Source: an uncultured Verrucomicrobia subdivision 3 bacterium (lineage in GTDB: Bacteria > Verrucomicrobiota > Verrucomicrobiia > Limisphaerales > UBA11358). From it: a DNA stretch of 62,856 bases. Below are positions 57,398-62,856 of the stretch, piece by piece. The DNA lies in the NCBI GenBank assembly GCA_903820285.1, contig CAIJGS010000329.1, positions 1 to 62,856 on the forward strand. The letters are read 5' to 3'. The notes under the pieces are model-generated. The model saw only the letters and a program-made list of their open reading frames with translations. It ran no database searches and was not told the origin of the DNA. The first letter of the stretch is position 1. The number at the start of each line of letters is the position of its first letter. A program made the translations under genes and the position numbers.

Positions 57398-57822
57398 GGC
57401 ATGGTGGCGGCGGGTGATGGACTGGCAACCATGAAGGCAACTTTTTGCACGCCGGCACGGCGGACAGCTTCATAGACATCCACCATATGGGCCTGCACGG
57501 TATTGCGGTCGCCGCTGATATACACCGGCAGGTTGGTATCGGCGTGGCAGCGATTGCTGACCGTGAGATACAGTTCCGCAAGCGACACCTGCCTCTTTTC
57601 AATCCAAGGCTGACCGGCTTGATCCACAGCGATATTGATCATATCCGGCTTGTAGTCGGGCTTCGCCTGCGCGGCGGGTGGGAGATTAACTTTAATGTTG
57701 GCGTTCCGGCTCATTTGCAGGCTCACCATCATGAAGGCGGCGAGCAGAAAGAACATGATGTCGATCAACGGAATGATCACGATCCGCGTCCGGCGCTGGG
57801 GAATGGGCGAGGTTATTTTCAC
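57394..57822 (-). CDS. exbD: ExbD/TolR
   Basis: IIPLIDIMFFLLAAF, VNLP, ISGD. Confidence 0.92.
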   Translation of the reverse strand: MKITSPIPQRRTRIVIIPLIDIMFFLLAAFMMVSLQMSRNANIKVNLPPAAQAKPDYKPDMINIAVDQAGQPWIEKRQVSLAELYLTVSNRCHADTNLPVYISGDRNTVQAHMVDVYEAVRRAGVQKVAFMVASPSPAATMP

Positions 57823-57831
57823 CGGGAATGA

Positions 57832-58464
57832 TTATTTGGCGGCGGGTGGCTGATCTTTTTTGCCGCCGACCATGACCTCGATGTTGGTGGCGGCGGTTTC
57901 CAGCTCAAACTGCAACTGGGTGACCTTGGCGGAAAAAATATTGTAAGGAATGAGTGAAACGATCGCGATGCCAAGGCCGCAGGCCGTGGCGATCAATGCC
58001 TCGCCAATGCCGCCAGTAACGGCCGAGACCGAAAGTTCCGCACTGCCGATGTTCAGGAAGGCGCGCATGAGACCGGTGACCGTGCCGAGCAAACCGAGCA
58101 GCGGGGCGAGCGTCACAAGGGTGTCCATGATGGTCAGAAATCGCCCGGCGCGCCGGAGCTCAATCCCGGCGGCGAGCTGCAGGGCACCTTCAAGTGAGGT
58201 GTGAACGTGGTTCAAGCCGCGGTAAATCATGCGAACAATGGGGTCGCCGGAATCCTCGGCGATTTTCGTAGCGGCGGGGACGTCGTGGTTTTCAATGGCC
58301 GCCAGAATTTGCTCCAGCTTGTGCGGTTCACGACGGCGGCTCTCGCGCAGCCACCAGAACGTTCGTTCGCCAACGACCGCGATGGCCACGATGGCACTGA
58401 TGAGAATGGGCCACATGATGGGCCCGCCTTTGAGGAAGAATTCGATGACGATGTTGGCTAGCAT
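57832..58464 (-). CDS. exbB: ExbB/MotA/TolQ
   Basis: GGPIMWPI, APLLGLLGTVTG, EALIATACGL. Confidence 0.93.
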   Translation of the reverse strand: MLANIVIEFFLKGGPIMWPILISAIVAIAVVGERTFWWLRESRRREPHKLEQILAAIENHDVPAATKIAEDSGDPIVRMIYRGLNHVHTSLEGALQLAAGIELRRAGRFLTIMDTLVTLAPLLGLLGTVTGLMRAFLNIGSAELSVSAVTGGIGEALIATACGLGIAIVSLIPYNIFSAKVTQLQFELETAATNIEVMVGGKKDQPPAAK

Positions 58465-58487
58465 AATGAATGGTTTGGTTTGCGGGA

Positions 58488-59186
58488 TCAGTTCAGTTGG
58501 AGACGATAAATGATGGTGGTTTGAAAGGTGCGATTTCCGTTTCCGCCCGGCAGGTGCCAGTGGCGGCGGATAAAATCCACGGTGGCGCGGTCCAGAATGG
58601 GATAACCGGAGGAGCTTTTCAGATCCACGGACAGGACATTACCGGCGGCATCCGCTTGCAGAGTAACGGTCACACTCCCCTGCTCGCCTTGCTCCTTGGC
58701 GATGGGCGGGTAGGACGGCGAGGGTCGGTCCCCGCCGGTGCCTGTATCAGCCACGGACTGGATGCGGGCAGAGACGCTCATGGGTTCCGCCGGAGGTGCG
58801 GCGGCCATCGAGGCGGGCACGACCAGTCCGCCCAGCGTGGGCACCGAAAACTGGATGTTCGGCAGGGACGGAATCACAACGGCCACCGGCGTGGCCTCGG
58901 CGGCGGGATCAGGACGCTCCTGTTTTTGCGGCTGGCTGTCAGTAGGCGGAATCACGACCGGTTCGACGACCACCGGGACGGGTTCATCCAGAGGCGCCAC
59001 AGCGCGGATATCCACGGATCCGCGCCGGGCGCCGCACAGGCCGATGAGCAAAAAGACGAGGCACACCGAGTTGACCCAAGCGAGCGGGCGCTCGGGATCG
59101 CGGTCAGCCCCGGGGAGACAGAGGCGCGCCAGATCGTCTTGCAAGCCGGCTCCGGGATTCAACCGGCTGGCTTCGTTTGATTTCAT
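58488..59186 (-). CDS. tonB: TonB energy transducer
   Basis: TM, Pro-rich linker, YPPIAKEQGEQGSV, SSGYPILD. Confidence 0.88.
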   Translation of the reverse strand: MKSNEASRLNPGAGLQDDLARLCLPGADRDPERPLAWVNSVCLVFLLIGLCGARRGSVDIRAVAPLDEPVPVVVEPVVIPPTDSQPQKQERPDPAAEATPVAVVIPSLPNIQFSVPTLGGLVVPASMAAAPPAEPMSVSARIQSVADTGTGGDRPSPSYPPIAKEQGEQGSVTVTLQADAAGNVLSVDLKSSSGYPILDRATVDFIRRHWHLPGGNGNRTFQTTIIYRLQLN

Positions 59187-59208
59187 GTTTGGATGCGGGC
59201 GAAGCGCT

Positions 59209-61473
59209 TCAGAATGCGTAGCTGAGAGAACCAAAGAATCCGAGTCGTTCGCCGTATTGCGCGGCGTTCACACCCACGCCGGAACCGTCGCGCAGTTCGT
59301 ACACGTTGTCCGTCAGGTTCACCACGTCGAGCCGGGCTTTCAGCATCCGCTTGTGCGGCAGGTTGAAACCCTGTTCGATGCCGACGTTGATGGAGTAATA
59401 GGCCGGCACGCTGGCACCGTTGGGAATATTCGAGCCATCGGCGGCCGTGCCATCGGTGCGCAAGCCGCTGCCATAGAGGGCATCCATGAAAACGCGCGTG
59501 CGGCCGGTGTCGCCTTCCTTCCAGGTGTAGGCAATGCCGAAGGAGCCGGTGTAGCGCTGGTCGTGATCGAGGGAGATCCAGTGGTTCTGGACGTAGGCGG
59601 CGTCCGTGGGATCAAACAGGAACTGCGAGGAATTCCAGCCTTTGCCCTGGGCCTTGGAGTACGCGACGTTCGCGTAAACGGAAAAGCCGTGGTGCTCGTA
59701 GCTGGTGGTGAATTCCACACCATAGATGCGGCCCACGGAATAATTGAACGCGGCCGGAATCAGGCTCTGCCCAAAGAGGCCGTCATCCAACTGGTTTTGG
59801 GCGGTCTTGTAATAGCTGTCGAGACCGGCCTGCCAGCCGGGCAGAAGTTTCTGGCTGACGCCGACGTCATAATAATTGGCGCGCTCGGATTTGACGTTGC
59901 TGTCCAGATCGGTGGCGGACTGGTTGGAGGTGCCGTCAAATTTCGTCAGGCTGCCGGCGGAAACACTCTCGGCTGGCGGCGGGGTGAAGTAACGCGAATA
60001 CCCGGCATGCAGCGTGGTGGCATCGGTGGGCTGATAAATGAGGTTCACGCGCGGGCTAAGCTGGTTTTCGTTGTCGAAGGACGAATTGTAAACATCGAAG
60101 CGTGCGCCGTAGTTGAGGGTGACCTTCGGCAGGAGTTTCCATTCATCCTGCAAATAAACCCCGGCAAACATCGCCTTGATGTTGGAATTATCCACGATGT
60201 TGGTGAGGCTGGTGGGATTGCCGGACACCGGGTCCAGATTGAAGGCGGTGGTGGAGGTATCCACGGCGGTGGATTCGCTCATCAGCATGGCTCCGCCGCG
60301 CAGGGTGTGCTTATCGCCGAGCTCATAGCTGGCATCGGCCTGGAGGCCGCCGGAGTAGAGGTTGCGCTGGACGTCGCTGGCCACGCCATTGTAATAGAGG
60401 TCCCCCACGGGGTCGGGGGTGAAGTGGACATCGCTATTCCGGACAAAGGTGGAGACCTGCAGGTTCAGGTCGCCGGCCGATTTCTGGTAGGCAATGACGC
60501 CGTAATAATTCTGCTCGTTCTGGTTTTCATTGAGGTTGGCGGAATTGAAGCTGGTGGCCGACTGGCCGGGCATGGCCGTCCACCACGGATTGGGCGAGGG
60601 ATTGGACGTGGTGGCGCCGGGCGCGCCGGGGTCCAGCCCGGGTGTGTTCGGAATCTGAAAATCGCTATAGTCGGCGCTGCCCATCACGCTGATCCGGCTG
60701 GTGTCATCCAGAATATAGGACAGATAGGTAAATCCCCGGTACTGGCCGGTGGTGTCATGGATGGCATTGTGGCTGGCGGTGGGATTCTCGATGCCCAGAT
60801 CATTGTGATCGTAGCTGCCATCGAAGAAGTAATTGAGTTTCCCTTGCGAGCCGCCGTATTCGAAGCTGGGGCGGTAGGTGTTGTAGCTCCCGCCATAGAC
60901 TTCGCCACTGCCACCGTTTTCAAAGGCGCCGCTTTTGGTCTGAATATCCACCACGCCGGCCGTGCGGAAACCGTATTGCGCCGGCAGGGAGCCGGTGATG
61001 AGCTGCATGGAATCCACAAAGCGCGGGTCCAGTTCCTGGCCGAAGCCGGTGACGCCCTCGGGAAGGAGCACATCGTTGATGCGGTACTGCAGGTTCGCAT
61101 GTTCGCCGCGCACGTGCAGCCCGCCGTTCGGGGCGGAGTCCTCCGCCACGCCCGGCGCGCGGAGGATGATCTGACTGAAGGGAGCATTGCCGCCCTGCGA
61201 AGCCGATTCGATCTGCGACTGGTTGATCGTGTAGGCCGAGGCGCCGAGCGACGGCACGATCTGGCTGCGCGCCTGGTTCAACTGACCGACCACGGTCACA
61301 TTGCCCAGATCAGTGACGTTGGTGACGCCGCCGGCAGGGATGTTGTTTGTGGAAGTAACGCTATTTGACTGGGCGAAGGCCGCTGTCCCGCAGGACAGGG
61401 CCGCCGCCGAAATGACCGACCGATAAAATTTACCGCTGCTGACGTTATGCTGCTTTGTTGCCAATTTTTTCAT
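59209..61473 (-). CDS. TonB-dependent outer-membrane receptor (putative metal uptake)
   Basis: Signal peptide, VTVVG TonB box, plug (PGV..VRGEH), YLQDEW, SPRVN, NLTD, terminal YAF. Confidence 0.93.
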   Translation of the reverse strand: MKKLATKQHNVSSGKFYRSVISAAALSCGTAAFAQSNSVTSTNNIPAGGVTNVTDLGNVTVVGQLNQARSQIVPSLGASAYTINQSQIESASQGGNAPFSQIILRAPGVAEDSAPNGGLHVRGEHANLQYRINDVLLPEGVTGFGQELDPRFVDSMQLITGSLPAQYGFRTAGVVDIQTKSGAFENGGSGEVYGGSYNTYRPSFEYGGSQGKLNYFFDGSYDHNDLGIENPTASHNAIHDTTGQYRGFTYLSYILDDTSRISVMGSADYSDFQIPNTPGLDPGAPGATTSNPSPNPWWTAMPGQSATSFNSANLNENQNEQNYYGVIAYQKSAGDLNLQVSTFVRNSDVHFTPDPVGDLYYNGVASDVQRNLYSGGLQADASYELGDKHTLRGGAMLMSESTAVDTSTTAFNLDPVSGNPTSLTNIVDNSNIKAMFAGVYLQDEWKLLPKVTLNYGARFDVYNSSFDNENQLSPRVNLIYQPTDATTLHAGYSRYFTPPPAESVSAGSLTKFDGTSNQSATDLDSNVKSERANYYDVGVSQKLLPGWQAGLDSYYKTAQNQLDDGLFGQSLIPAAFNYSVGRIYGVEFTTSYEHHGFSVYANVAYSKAQGKGWNSSQFLFDPTDAAYVQNHWISLDHDQRYTGSFGIAYTWKEGDTGRTRVFMDALYGSGLRTDGTAADGSNIPNGASVPAYYSINVGIEQGFNLPHKRMLKARLDVVNLTDNVYELRDGSGVGVNAAQYGERLGFFGSLSYAF

Positions 61474-61610
61474 AATAAATCCAATAATGGTTAAGTTAAT
61501 GGGCGGATCTGCACAGAGCCGCCCTCTGCCATGCACACGCACGGCAGAGTTATTGCCAAGGGAATCAAACGGAAATCAGCCGCCACGGACAGTGGCGACC
61601 GAACGGAATA

Positions 61611-61949
61611 TCAGGAAAGGACGGCAGGCAGCGGCGGACCGCGATCGGCGGGCAGAACGATGAAGGTGGGAACAAAGCCAGTGACGGGGACGAGCAGGAC
61701 GAGCGGACCGCCCGGGACGAACGGGGCCGGTTCCACGCCCACGGCGGCATGCTCCACCTGGCCGTGGGCAAAGAGCGTGATGGCGCATTGATGACCAGCC
61801 TCGCGGGCATCGGAGTGCAACCGCTCATGCAACGTTGGGGAAGCCGCCAGCAGATTAAGCGCAAGGACAACCAGCACCAGCATGGCAGCCACGACTGGCG
61901 ATAAACATCCCGGTAAACAACCCCTTAAATGGCGCTTCGTGTATTGCAA
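61611..61949 (-). CDS. DUF2946-like His/Cys leader protein with RGPP motif
   Basis: TM, HERLH...HQC...H, C-terminal DRGPP; start either TTG at 61949 or ATG at 61883. Confidence 0.7.
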   Translation of the reverse strand: MQYTKRHLRGCLPGCLSPVVAAMLVLVVLALNLLAASPTLHERLHSDAREAGHQCAITLFAHGQVEHAAVGVEPAPFVPGGPLVLLVPVTGFVPTFIVLPADRGPPLPAVLS

Positions 61950-61962
61950 AGCGTTTGCAATA
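61942..61962. promoter_or_regulatory. Palindromic operator overlapping the -10/TSS
   Basis: TATTGCAAA-gcg-TTTGCAATA; minus-strand promoter TTGCTT-16-TATATT overlaps it. Confidence 0.65.
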
Positions 61963-62622
61963 TATAAATGAGCTGGATTAAAGCAAGCGGATAATGCTCT
62001 CTGCCAAAGTTTTTGCATTATCAATCGCGCTTCCTAAGGGGAGGCCGAAATCGCAAAAACCAAAGTGCGCCCACTGAAGTTAACATTTGCGTTCACGACA
62101 AAGGGGTCAGTCAATAGTTTTGTGCTATTTTGATTAACAACCCGGCCATTTACCACCAACCAAAGCGCGGGAGTATGTTGATAACGCAAATTGGAATCTG
62201 GGTTCGCAGCCCTCGAATGGTTTAACTGAAACTTTGGTGCAATTGGATTAACCAAACCATCCACAATGCCAGCACAGTGGTTCGTTTGCGTTATCTACAT
62301 ACTCCCGCCAAAGCGAAACCATGGACCGCCAATGTCCATCCCGCCCGGCCATGATGAGCCCAGTGAAAATACGCATTCCGACCCAGCTAATCGGCACCAG
62401 CCCCACGCCCGCTACCTTACCGCGCGCCTCTGCCATTGGATGTTGGGCGTGGCAACCGTCCGCAAGGACTGTTTGGTGGTGGATATTTCCTCATCCATGT
62501 GCCTGTTGTCCCTTTAGCCCTTTCCCAAGCAACCACTGAATCAACCACAACCGCATCATTAAACCCATCGCACCGCTAATAAATCCATCCTCAATCCTCC
62601 ACCCGCAATCCTCATTTATCTT

Positions 62623-62856
62623 ATGAAACGCACCGGCAAAATCGCCCGTCTCCCGCACCACCTCCGCAACCAGCTCAACCAGCGCCTCTACAACGGTGAA
62701 CCCGGCGTGGACCTCATCCAATGGCTCAACAGCCTCCCCGAAGTCCAGGCCATCCTCGCCGAACATTTCAACGGCGTCCCCATCAGCCCCCAAAACCTCT
62801 CCGAATGGAACAATGGCGGCTTCCTCGACTGGCTCACCACCCAGGAACTCCTCGAA
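62623..62856 (+). CDS. DUF3486-like (Mu gp27-like) HTH protein, truncated by the window end
   Basis: Read by hand: MKRTGKIARLPHHLRNQLNQRLYNGEPGVDLIQWLN...ISPQNLSEW. Confidence 0.6.
   Translation, partial: MKRTGKIARLPHHLRNQLNQRLYNGEPGVDLIQWLNSLPEVQAILAEHFNGVPISPQNLSEWNNGGFLDWLTTQELLE

Noticed and set aside
58738-61368. 876-aa plus-strand ORF
   Set aside because: Antisense shadow of the TonB-dependent receptor and tonB, with no recognisable motifs. The same applies to 26818-28620, 34956-36368 and similar long opposite-strand ORFs in GC-rich DNA.
62034-62264. 76-aa low-GC minus-strand ORF
   Set aside because: No recognisable family and a weak start; may be a gene fragment but is unsupported.

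Overview
GC-rich bacterial chromosomal window, most likely from a subdivision-3 Verrucomicrobium (Pedosphaera/Limisphaera-like). This is inferred from the PEP-CTERM protein, the prepilin/H-X9-DG gene, the large secreted proteins ending in FYRxxxx and the dense small intergenic repeats. It holds about 63 CDS. These include housekeeping genes (lepB, lpxD, eda, mqnC, cdd, punA), two Ton/Exb motor operons, PAS two-component genes, a peptidoglycan-salvage cluster (NamZ, beta-lactamase-fold hydrolase, lysine aminotransferase), two dispersed Mla/MCE sets, an MMPL transporter, toxin-antitoxin genes and small low-GC cassette-like genes. No rRNA, tRNA, CRISPR array, integrase or transposase was seen. 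The most notable observations are: (1) an MMPL + aromatic-repeat envelope protein + MlaEFD lipid-transport locus, with a catalytically degenerate second MlaF elsewhere; (2) a ~68-nt sRNA candidate with promoter, anti-SD motif and terminator, antisense to the MMPL 3' end; (3) a His/Cys RGPP leader protein under a 9-3-9 operator ahead of a TonB-dependent receptor operon; (4) a leaderless 26-codon uORF ahead of an ABC-F gene; (5) an integrase-less attC cassette pair and a second array with decayed attC sites. All family calls come from motif recognition by eye; no searches were run.
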